Positions 41,701 to 53,700 of a DNA stretch of 64,000 bases are shown one piece after another. The stretch comes from Phoronis australis (lineage: Eukaryota > Animalia > Phoronida). Position numbers and translations under genes: made by a program. Every line of letters starts with the position of its first letter. Position 1 is the first letter of the stretch. The notes beneath the pieces are model-generated. The model had not been told where the DNA came from and made no database searches. It worked only from the letters and a program-made list of their open reading frames with translations. The stretch covers positions 186,001 to 250,000 of the forward strand of contig NMRA01000487.1 of the NCBI GenBank assembly GCA_002633005.1. Reading direction: 5' to 3'.

Positions 41701-44700
41701 CACATAAGGGACAGTTTATTTTGCGCTCGTCTTTCTTGAAGAGTGGGCCATTTGAGAGTGGTAAGCGCAACTGAAACAGATGAGTGTCTGGGTGAACATG
41801 GCTGCTCTACATTGTATTCTTTCTATCTTGTCTGTTGAAGCTAGTAGAGGGATGCCAGATGGAGGATGAGTATTCAAGTTTTGGTCTAACTAGTTTACTA
41901 AAGATACTAAGTAACTAAAACCTATGAGGCCAGATTTTCAATTAAAAAAGAACTAAATTCTTCACAAAAGTACGTGACTGGGATACTAGAGAAAAAAATG
42001 TTTTCAAATTACATATGGTACAAAAAACAAGTGAAATTTATCTGTTTGACTAAAAAAATATGTTTTAAAGTTTACTAGAAAATATGTTTTAAAGTTTACT
42101 AGAAAAATATACTACCATACAGTATGTAGATAAAAATAAAGTATACCATATGAAAAAGTAACAAACACAGAACATTAAAGAACTAACAACAATTAACATC
42201 AAGGTAGCATAGTGGGTCTTTCAATTTTTTATAAGCATAGAGCAGAAGCTGAACAGACCTACCCGCAAATGAGCATCCCTGGAACAGTCTTCAATTTTGA
42301 CTGAAAACGAAGTAAGAGTTCAACTTAATACACTACTATGCTTCTACTCTCCGATATAAAGTCTATAGAAACGCTGAGTGTTCCGAGTGGTCTGCTGGAG
42401 GATCTGAGCCACCGTAATGTCACGATGTTTGGCGATAACTTCAGCCACTTCACCGATAAACTGGGGATAATTAGGTCGCTCGTGCAAGGAAAGGTGAGCC
42501 GAATCGGCCTCCAAGAGAAGACGGTCTTTGGGCACCTTCCGTAATTCTTGGACTTCCCAGAGTGTAAAGGTGTTGCAACTACCAGAGAACCCGTAGTAGC
42601 AGTTCGGGAACTCACGGTGGAAGTTACTCACTGCCACGGAGTCGCCTGTGAATGTATGAAGATGGATCCACTGGGATGTAGACAGCTGCTCTCGAAGAAT
42701 GTCGGAGGCAGTGTGGAAGCCCCACTCAGAATTAGCGCCTGGTGATGCTGCCCTGATGTGAAGGACAACCACCATGTCGTGACAATGTCCAAGGCTGGTG
42801 AACTCCAAAATCAGGCCTTCCACAAAACGGCGTTGATGTTTCTCTTTTCCTAAGGCTTGTTTGAATGCGATCTCCCCTAGACAGGCAACTTCAGGTTCCC
42901 GCAAGAGACGGAACAAGGTAATCCTAGCCTTTCCTGAAAAGTTGGACTCCTGTTTCAGGTGGACACCAGTGAGTGCCTTGAACCCCCGGGAAGACCTTTT
43001 AGGTACTCCTTAAGTGGATGACGGAAGTACTCCGTTGGGTTCCAGAATACAAGCTACAAGCACACCACCCATCAGCTTGATTGGGTCGGATGATATTCTG
43101 TGGTGCTTGGTCGCCAGAAGGTCAGAGACGGACAGCAGTCAAGCCCTGCAGACGTTAGACTGACAAGCCAATGTTAGGCGGTCCATATGGAAGTGAGAAT
43201 CCACAGCACCTTCCAAGACGGGGGTGACAATGTAGTAGATGCTGACAATGGCACAGGCTGCCAACTATGCCAAATATTGTAGTCACTGCAGGTTCTCGTG
43301 CATTTTACCTTTACTCATTGGCATCTACTTCTTCACATACCTTCAAGAACACCGTGAAGAAACGTCTTACCTGTAGCAGGACGAAACGTGAGACAGAAAG
43401 CACTTTCTATCATGCCCCAGTCACGTGACTATGCTAATACAACTTCCTCCCACTAACAAAAACTAACAGACGTTCATGATGAGACAACATGAAAGACGTG
43501 ACAACATAAAACTACATTCACAACATTAGTATGCTTTGAAATTGTGCATGGATGGGGAGAGATTGATTAAATCCAGTAATTTATTATTGATAATCACTAA
43601 TTAAAACAAGCGAAACCTGTTGTTAATTAAGTAGACTAACATTAACAACAAAAAAGAGTAACTGTTAGCGCCTTTTGTAAGGATTACTTCAATCAATTAA
43701 CTATAAATAATCAAACGTTTTACCTGCTGTCCAAGCTGTAGGACTCAACACACGTTGGATGACAGTCCTGTTGGTGAATCTTTCATACTGTGCTGCGATA
43801 GTGTACTTGTTGGTCACAGTCCTTTCGTGATGCAACACTTGCAGGCAGTACCTCTACCCAGGGTTCCTCTTGCTGGTCACAGTACTTAGTGACGCAACAC
43901 TCCCGGCAGTATCATTTTTAGAAGGTCTGTAAAGAGTTGTGTACACGCGACTTATTAATATACAAGAGCTCACGTACAGAATGGAATAAATTGCATTCAA
44001 AGTTTTTCCCTTGATCAGATAAAATCTGATAGGATGTCCTAAACAAGCAAAGAATTCATTGACTACAACTGTGGCTGTAACTTCTGTGGTCTGAGAAGGT
44101 AGGGGAATGCATTCCACCCACTTACTAAACTGATCAACTACCATCAACACATACTGGTTGTTACTTGAAGATTAGGGTAGCGGACCATGGAAGTCGATGT
44201 GTACACGTTCCATCGGTGCTCCAGCATGAAAACGAATCGTGGGAGACTGACCATGCCTTGTTCCCTGCTTATTCTGGTTACATGCTGGGCAGTAGCAATG
44301 AAAAACTGCACATCATTTGTCAGTTGACACATCTAAGTCTTTGCACCTACCCTCAAGATTTTCTAAACGGGACTCTAAAGAGCCATGAGGAATAAACTTA
44401 AGAGCTGGCTTCTTGGTCACCTGGTGAACAGCAAATTTACCTTCTTCCACACTCAGTTCTCTACAAAAAGACACTCAATTTGGTGAATTGGAAGTAGCCA
44501 TTAAGTCTTTGGTTGTTGAAAACCACCTAGCGGCATTCAAAGCATCCATGACTATTTGATAGACTGTTAATAGCCAACTGAGCAATCTGTCTCGCAGACC
44601 TAAACAGAACGGAAGAATCTTCTGAGCTTTGTCAGTCCCTCGCCTCTGGAAAGGCCAACAAGAATAATCTTGTAAGACGGTCAGCCCATTGTTCTAAACA

Positions 44701-47700
44701 CTCGTCAGAAGTCTACTTGGCTGACTGAAACCTAAGTTAGTGCATTTCGTTGCACTTGACATCTGCCCCAGAGCGACAATTCATGTTATCCACAATTTGG
44801 TTGAAACTTGAGTGTGGATGAGCTTTGGTATGGTTGGAAAATCAACGAGAGGCATCACTTTCTAAACACATGCCCAGCTTGGTCCTACATTTTTGACTAG
44901 ACCAAAAATTGTCTTGGTCAACATTACAGAATTTCCATAAAAAATTTTCTCATGTACCTAACTTGCCATTAAAGGTTATGTTGTATTAGTTGTGTGACAA
45001 GTAATGAGTGTCAGAGACAGAGCTAGAACTTGAGGGCTTAGGTGACATGCTAGTATACGAAGAAAAATGAGTTTTTGCATAAGCACTGCCACTACCAGTC
45101 TTCGACGATGTGGTCAGTTTTTGAAGCCAACTTGGGAAAAGCAGTCAGGGCTAGGGGTAAGTTTTGATGGAGTTTTCGTACCATATATATCACAAACCTT
45201 GACCAGTTTCTCCAAATAGTCTGGAATGTATCTTACACACGTTCTTCGGAGTAAAAGGTGACATTTCTCTGAAGTCAATAATATGAGCAGCAATATCAGT
45301 GATTATACCCAGTATGTCCAACAAAGCAACCATTCCACAGGCAATAATTGGGCAAGTCTTAAAATCAGCATTTCATTAAGTGTACTTTCTTAAGATACCA
45401 GTTTAGTTACCACAATACCATCAAGGATGTACCTTGCGTAAACCATCGTACACTCTTACACTGACGTCAGTGTCGCATTTCACCAAAATACCAATGCATT
45501 TGCTATTCCTAAACTTGCACAGTATTTCGTCTGTCAGAACATCTGTTATGGTCACTGCAATTCCAGCACATCTCTTGCCGTTGTAGGAAGCTGATATTTA
45601 CTCGCTATTTTTTTAAAGCACTTACGAAGTGTTCATGTTCGTGAATGGCATTTCTGTTTAGCTATGCAATAAGCAATGTTAAACGTGGCACATGGATCTT
45701 TTTTCGTTTGTTCATCCATGTGAGATGTCATCTTCTGGAAACTTTCTATGATGGCTGACGTTTACGTTTTCCTTTTTTGTCCATTGATGTTTGGAGGCAA
45801 GTTATGTGGGATGCAGACATTTCATGTGCTGATAACGTCTCTTCTTTGTGGGCTTGCATCCAGTCAACAACTGGGCTTGGCTCTTAGTAGGTGGCTCCAA
45901 CATATACAGCAAAATATTAGCGCGGTGTCATTATAAACTTGCAACCAAAAATACAAAACATGGTGAACCAATGTTTTTCTTTTGATCAGCAGAAAGTTCA
46001 TTTTGGTTCTGCGCTTTGGGATCTATTTGTCTGAACATTTGTAGATTCTGGTGCTGTAGGTTTATGATCCACACCTTCTTTTGTGATTTTTGGAAAATTA
46101 AACATTGGTTCCTTGCTTTGATATGTCTTTGCTTGGAAGTTTGTGGATTCTGTTCCTTTGCATTTATGAGTCGTGTCTTCTGGACAAAGTGACAATGGAA
46201 CAAAGGGGTTGGGCTGGAGCACGGAATTTGGTGCCAAATCCAAACTCCTATCACGCATGCACATAATATAAGAGAGGTGGTTTGTTACAAGATGTTGATG
46301 TGCATGGTTCCACTTGACTGTGAAGCAGGATAAACAGAGAATACAGGTCGGTCCAAGACGAATGACAAAGTTATGATGTGGACAAAACTGCTCCAGTTCT
46401 TGTCTTACAGTAAGGCTTGCCTCGTTCTTTATTTTATCCTTGGGTGCCTCCCCCCGATACATTTTTAGAAATCAACATGTTTAGGAATGTTAATTCGCTG
46501 AAAGAATTTAGGAGACATGCAGCAGACTATTCTACTGTGATTAGCATGGAACACCAGGTGTTCGTATAATTCGGCCGACGTTAGAGAACGTTACGTCTTA
46601 GAAAGCTTGTAGTCTTGTCCATTGGCCATAGGAACTGCATTATACAAACAGTAATACTGTGCCACTACTGTGCCGATAGAACCTGTTAATTTTGGAGAGA
46701 AGTTCAGCCTGCGGGTATATGAATAACAAAATATCCGTAAAAACAATTTCTGGAGGCTGCTACTAGGGCTACTGCTGGGTTCCAGCAGGTGCCTAGACAA
46801 AGGCAGCCAGATGAGTGAAACTCCGGAGTCATAATCAGATAGGCCTACACTATAGCCACCAAAACTGAAAAGTATGTATCTTGGAACAAATATATTTATG
46901 TTTAACCTTTGAGTAATCAAGCAATATTGCCAAGTTCATCTGCTCGTGTGGCCGTCCACAAAGTTTGATCTAGTATCGTTTACACCTTTCAACATCACTT
47001 TTCGGCTTAAGAATGCCCAAAAAGTGTTGATATATTCTTCTCTATTTGCATAACTGTTGTTGGAGTTACATATGCCGTAACAGCACCGTTTCACCATTGT
47101 TATCACACAGTTTCTTGAGGTATAGAATAAAATAAACTTTACCCGACAAGTATTGTTTTTCAGGTAAAATGGCGACTTAGAAATGCTGAGGAAGGTGTGT
47201 CAAGAATACTGCGTTCTGATTGGTCATTTAAGTCGTCAAAATCCTAGGTCAATTGCTGGTGAGAAATTCAGTTCTGGGTGATATCTCCAAAATGTCCATA
47301 TGCCCATTCAGGGCCACCTTGGCTGTCTTGTGCTGTTCAGACTGGAAAGGGCTTGATGTGATAGTACCACTCCAAAGAGTCAGTGAAACATTTAAGTACA
47401 TTTCATACCTGACTGTAGCTGATTTTACATAAAGATGTTTCAATTTTTGAGAGATCGATAAATCTATTATTGTATCTACAGAATAAAGTTTTGCATAGAA
47501 GATTTGTGGAATCTGCTGAAAACTACAAATTAAAGAAGATTTACAATCATAAGATTAAATATACAGAACTAGAACATTTACTTAAATCTTTCAAACTGAT
47601 AACTTGCCATCAAGTCCAATGTCCGAAAGAAACTTAATTCCTTTTAAAATTCCAGCATTGCCATGCTCTGCATACTATTACGAGAACATGGAAACTAAAC

Positions 47701-50700
47701 TTGGAATTAAATATGATATAGAGTACAAACAAATCTTATCCCTGGCTTACTCGGTTTGGTGGTGACATAAATTGTAAGTGGCTAGAGATCGTATGAATCT
47801 CACCTTTAAGACGCGATCCAATGTCATAGCAACTGTAACTGCTCTTTCCGACAAGGGTGGATATAATTCCTTATTTTGTCCCTGGTGTACTGCGTCTCAG
47901 AATTCTGCCACCGTTTCGTTCTATATATCCGTATTGCATGTCATAATCAATTTTAGCTCAACAATGTGCTGTACCAAAGTGTTCTTGAGCAATTTTATGA
48001 GCTCTAGTTATTCTTTCCATCAGTTCATGTGCATACCCCCTGGGGCTTTAGCAGCCGTCTTTTGGATGGTCAGAATTTTATTTTGGACAAGTTTGTTGGG
48101 ACAGCCTGTCAAGTTTGTTTAGTGGCGCACAATTTCTCAATAAACAACAAAAGATTGAAGTTAATTATATAAATGATATGTTATCCCATACACACAACAC
48201 ACATAGAACTCATATTAATGATTGCTGACTATCACACGGAAAGTTGTCAAAGTTCGTATGTGCCTCTTGGGGCCTTGCATAGTGCCACAACTCATTAGCT
48301 TGTCAGCTTCACCAATTGTTCACTGCTTTGGCGTGACTGTCATGCATTCTCCAGCCTTGCTTGAGCTTGACCAGTCGCCAAGCTCACAGTTCAGTTGCGT
48401 CATGACAAAACGAGGGTCACCTGGAAATTGCACAAGTTCAATAATGAAGTATTAAGTCAAATGATACTCCATAACAAACCACAGCATAAATACACTTTCA
48501 CAACCAGAAGGAACCTAGAGGCCGCCTGCGCATAACACTCAGGTTAATTAACAAACAGACTGACATGTCGTATTAAAAGTACCTGTTATATAAGTCGTAC
48601 TTGTTTCAACACATTTTAACTGACATGAGCACCATGTGCTGCAAACATGAGATACAGAGCGTAGCAGAACTCAGCTGCATTACACCCAACCACTGTTGGA
48701 CTGCACCAAGCAATGCGTGTGTAACAGCAATAGTGTGACTGACTACCGGCCCATTAGCATAAGTATACAAGGGGTTGGCTCAGTATTAACCAAGTAATAA
48801 TAACCATGTAATTGATAACCAAATCACATGCAGTCGGCCCAAATTGTGACACAGCCAGAATTAAAAAAGACTTCTAAAATTATTAAAAGTTCCTTAGAAT
48901 GACGGCCACTTTCTTAATATTATTGGCTGATTGGTCGTCACTCAAATAGATTGGCCATGAGCCATTACAGAAGTAAGAAATTTTCTGCACAAAAAGTTCT
49001 TCCTTAGCGTATTTTTCAAAGTATTCTGTGCACCCCGCAACATCGTTGGGACTTACCAGCAACAGTGTTAGAAATATCAATAAACCTTTGAATGGAAATC
49101 CTTTTGATGACTTACTGGGTGGTCTGCTCTGGAAACTATCCCACAGTTTGTTTCCAGAACAAAACACCCAATTATTTCCATTTTCATCAGTGTATTGCAC
49201 GAAGTTACTGCCACTGCACTGCAGCCGTCAGCTGTTTTGAAAATGTTTTTCTTCAGAGTGATACAGGTGTTTCACCTGTCTGTCACATTGGCGATGTGCC
49301 AGAGTGATGAAAGTGAAAAATATCTTGTTTCTTACCACCTTTTACATGTTAGCTAGTTTTACTTGTGTTATGAAAATATTGAAACATTGATAATACTCAA
49401 GAATTTTATAAATTATTGCCCATGTTTTTGAGTACAGATGTTTGAAGGCTTGGTGGGATTTGAGCACCTGTGGCGGTACAAGGCTATGATAAATCTTTGA
49501 CTTACTTTGCATGCATATTTCTCAAACTTGTCACTTCACTTTTCAAATTCCTAATTAACTACCCTATTTCTAATTGCTACCTTGCTTAACTCGTTGCGCA
49601 CAACTTGTGAATCCTTCATTTCCCATTTTATGCCCACAGCATCGCTTCTAAAATCTACTGGTCTATTTACAGAAATTTTGGCCAGCCATTTCTCGGGATA
49701 TCTTCATGTGTTACAGCATTCTAAGAACAAGCACGGGTATCTTGTGTACCCGTGGTGTTCAAAACATGATGAGCATGTTGGATTCTAGGTACATGGTGGA
49801 ATTTGAACTTTTGACCCTTAGTTATCAGTCCAGTATTCTAAACATTAGACCGCTAAGTCTTTAAAAATGATGTTACTACATCACCATCTGAAAGTTGTTT
49901 TAAAAGCATACATACCGATACGTGTGCATAAATTATCATTCTAAGACATCGCCTTGATCATGGTTCCAAAGAGTACAAGTTGAGCAAAGTAACATGACAA
50001 TAGGGCAGGCTTTGGCAAGTTTTGTTTTAGGGTAACTGTAGTCACATTTACCACCAGGGAATATTTTTGAAATATTGTGAGCATTTACAATTATAGAGTG
50101 CTTCAAAGATGAAAAAGATAGTAATTTTTGCAATGATATTTCACGGAAATTTGTGCATTTTTAACTAAATATTTGTCTGCCGTTTGTATGCTAAATAGGT
50201 GAAATTGTCGTTCTGGTTTTTATGTGCATTGTCTGTCTGTTGACTACAAATCAAGACTTTGATTGTATGATAAATATGTTAATATCTGGGTTGCAAACCC
50301 ATTCAGTAAATAGTGTCGCTTTGCCACTAACATCACAACTCCCCGTTGTGAGGGTGTTGTCTAGAGGACAAGCATAAATCCCAGACTTAAACTCTCATCA
50401 CAGGTCCTCTAAATATGGATTAAACTAGTTTAAAAATCCCCAGGAGTGGTAAGGGCTAAATCCAACCCTGGAGGAGTAATCGTTAAAGGTGGCAACATGC
50501 AACACATATTCAGTGGAGTGCACCGTGTGTTGTTTATTGCAAAGCAGTAGCCATAACTCCTAAGTCGCATACTAGAGAGGAGTTTGTGGGAACTGTAAGG
50601 GAGTTGCAATGAAACGACAGAGTTTTTTCAGTGGGAAAGCGACACATTTGTACAACTCTCGCGCATGGAGATATCTTTACTTGTGCACCAAAATTGGTGT

Positions 50701-53700
50701 TTACTAATTACTGCTGTAATTCACTACTCAAAACATTTCATCCTATTTTGCTTGTGAGTTTGCTTACTTGTTCTGCAGTCTTGCTTCTCATCTATGCCAT
50801 TTTATCTATTCTTGCCAGCTGAAGAGATACTTGTTCTAATTACCTTCTGGTGTTTGACTATACTTTAGGTAAAATCTCACCAACTTAGGATACAATATGG
50901 CCGACGAGTGCAACCGAATAGATTCCACATCTTTATGTGCAGTAGCACAGTTGCCATAGTTTTGACTAATTGTGAGCACTGGCTACCATGTCAAAAGCCT
51001 TTGAAAAATGAAAAATTGTCAGTTTCAGCAATTATTTTGTTCCGAAGTTGGTGAGAGTTCATCTTATACCTTAAAGCCTTCGTGTGAAGGAAGGAAGTCA
51101 GTGTTTGCAAGTTTGGAAGCTTTGGAGTGCGGAATATACAAGTATTCACAGAAGGAGGCCCACAAGCCATGAAGAGGAGTGTATGATATTGAACTTTGTT
51201 GCCAGATAGAAGAGTTCGTGTAACAAGTTGCATGGAACTGTTGTCTAGACTGATTATTGAAGCACCATACCGTCCTGCTTTCAATCACTTTCAAAATACA
51301 GCCATGCGGGAGCCATGTTGCCTTAGTTGTGTCAACATGCCAGGTGCCAAGCTGTCGTGGAATACAGCCCAAGATTGTCTTTGTCGAAAGGAGGCCCAAG
51401 TTTATGCCCATGTGTCAACTAGTCTGGGCTGAGGCAGCTATTGACATCGACACTGGAATGCATCTTCAAAACTGGCCAGGATTGCGAGAGAGTTCATTTA
51501 GTGGCATGTCTTGGCATGATGTGTCTGAGGTCACAAAGTGACTGACAGACAGAAATTGACTGTCGTCTACATGGTGTGCTTCGGAGGATCTTGCAGTGTC
51601 AACACAAAACTTTTTGTTAGGCAATTTGCAGTGCATTGTAGAAGACCAGCAGTGCTTATGAAACATCATTGTATGGTTCTCTGACTTGGTTGATGTAGTG
51701 TTGGGAAGTAGAACTGCAAACAATCGACTGAAGGGATGTCAATTCACCGTTTGACAGTCACAATGTCTTGCAAATTGCATCAAGTGGATCTCTTCAGAAG
51801 TAAAGCAATATTTGTGTTTGAAAGTCAGCCAGGACTCTTGAGATTTATGTAATTATCTGGGAACTCTTCAAGATCAAGACTGAGCATCGCAAACTCAACG
51901 CCATCAAGACCGATTTTATATGATGATCTTGTTAAATATTGACTGACGACCAATTTAGTTATTGTGAAACTGTGTTATTTAATTAATTGGTTGTCACTTT
52001 CTTCTGTTACAGGGGCCTTGTGTCTGAGAAGCCTGACACTAGTTTGTTCTTTGTTGAAACCAAAGTGACAGCAGTTCCAGTGGACCCTGGTATGTAGTGA
52101 AGCATTTAAAAAAACAAAGTGTCCTACACCAAACATTCCATCTGTTGCAATAGCCATCTTCTGATGTAGACCTCTCGCCACTATGAAATTAGTTTCAAAA
52201 TTTTCCTTGGTTAAATTATCTGTGGTCGTTGGGTAGAGAGAGAACCTGTAGTTGTTGTTGCTGACTTTGTATAATTGTGGTGTGTGGTTTTATGCGCCAT
52301 GCATGTTCTCTTTGGAATAAGGAATTGGTTGAGAACAATTTTATTGTAGTAAGTGGTACAAATCAAAAGTTTTTTTGACAAAAAATGAATTTATAATGGC
52401 TTTAATATGTGGTCAAATTAGCATTTTTGATTGGATTTCTCCATATCTCCTTGACAACCAAATATTGTTTAGTTGTCTCTAGTACAAGTACCAGGATGAT
52501 GATGAAAGAGCTGGCAAATTATAAATTCTAAATTTCTCCTAATCAGTGATATTGCGTCCAAAATAAAAGAAACTTTATTGTAACCTATATTTGCTTAATA
52601 GTTTATACAATTGTTCGTGTAGGAGTATTGCTGACATCTTTGTCTTTTGTAGTTCCAGCCACTGGTAGCCGGAAAAAACCCAAGCCCCTCAAATGTCACG
52701 CAAACTTGCTGCCCGACCCACGGATAAAGCCTGCTTCCTTGTGAGATTTTGCTCGACTTGAAGATCTAGTGTTTGACATTTTTACGTTTTAAAAGTGGTT
52801 GCATGAAGATCATCACTTTTTTCTCTTTAGCCTATTTTATTTTTTGACCATTCTGGGTTGTGTTTAGTCTGGTTTAGAGTTACTGTAAATCTTTTGTGGA
52901 TTGCTAAACTCAACTAGTGAGCTCTTTGAACGGTTTGTCTTGGTCCTTTAATACAGCGAGTTAACGTTCGTGATAACGCATAACACCATGCACTGAATGA
53001 AGTTCATTAGTTGCTTCAGTGACCGGACTCATTGCCATTGACATGATTTATTCAATTGTGCAATTAGCTGTGACTTTATTAGCTTTTTGTGGCAATTAAA
53101 ACAGTTATAAACTACCTTTCATTAAAAACTGCTTTTATTTTATGTTATTGTTATGTAGCATTAAAAATCTACTCTTTTTAACTTGTTCTTTACTCAGGTT
53201 TGAAGTGATTCGTGGGCTTATGAAGATCTGAGGATTCATGATGGCTTGAGATCAGGCTCAAAATGCCACAGATGGTCATTTTGTGTACGGAGCATGGTCA
53301 CAACCAAATTCTCATTTTTTTTGCTTCAGCGCCCGACCAGGTCCTTCGAGAAAGGTTTCTGCACGAGTCAAGGCATTACAGGAGTCTGGCTTTGTGTCGA
53401 AAAAACAGAAAATGGCGGATGAAAACAGAAAAATGGCAAAACAGATAAACATCAAGCGCAGGAGGAATCGCAATCCAAAGAAGGTCGCTGAATATGATTT
53501 GTGGGGTGAAAAAGGTGTATATTTTTTGCTAAAGTGAAAAGAAAATGTTTTATCGTCTTTATCAAGGATTGAATTTCTTAAGTAACTAATGAAGTATTAA
53601 TAGTACGCCCATAAAACTTTATTGTTAAAATCCTTGATGATCACAGAATCATATTCATTTATGGTCGTTAACGTAATGCCCAGAAGTTCGTAGTCTTGGA

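Larger units (their letters stand above)
35713..43525 (-). mobile_element. LTR retroelement A (Gypsy-like, non-autonomous): 5' LTR 43275-43525, 3' LTR 35713-36557 (split by element B), TatD cargo
   Basis: Two ~250-bp homologous direct repeats with (+) termini TATTGT...CACAACA. PBS TGGCATAGTTGGCAG (43272-43258) resembles the tRNA-Ser complement TGGCGTAGTCGGCAG after two CpG transitions. PPT AAGGAGAGGAGGAA abuts the 3' LTR. Flanks GTAG/TTAG suggest a 4-bp TSD with one mismatch. Confidence 0.85.

Noticed and set aside
42344-42916. Host TATDN1/2/3 gene nested in NOP53
   Set aside because: Intronless, disrupted, LTR/PBS-flanked and present as two divergent copies; treated as TE cargo.
52494-52640. 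C/D snoRNA candidate (ATGATGA...CTGA with GATG/CATC stem)
   Set aside because: The CTGAC lies 18 nt from the 3' splice site and is better explained as the branch point. The interior is AT-rich with no recognisable guide.
53197-53260. C/D snoRNA candidate about 70 nt upstream of NOP53 exon 4
   Set aside because: Boxes C and D are non-canonical and the C'-D spacing is too short; insufficient support.
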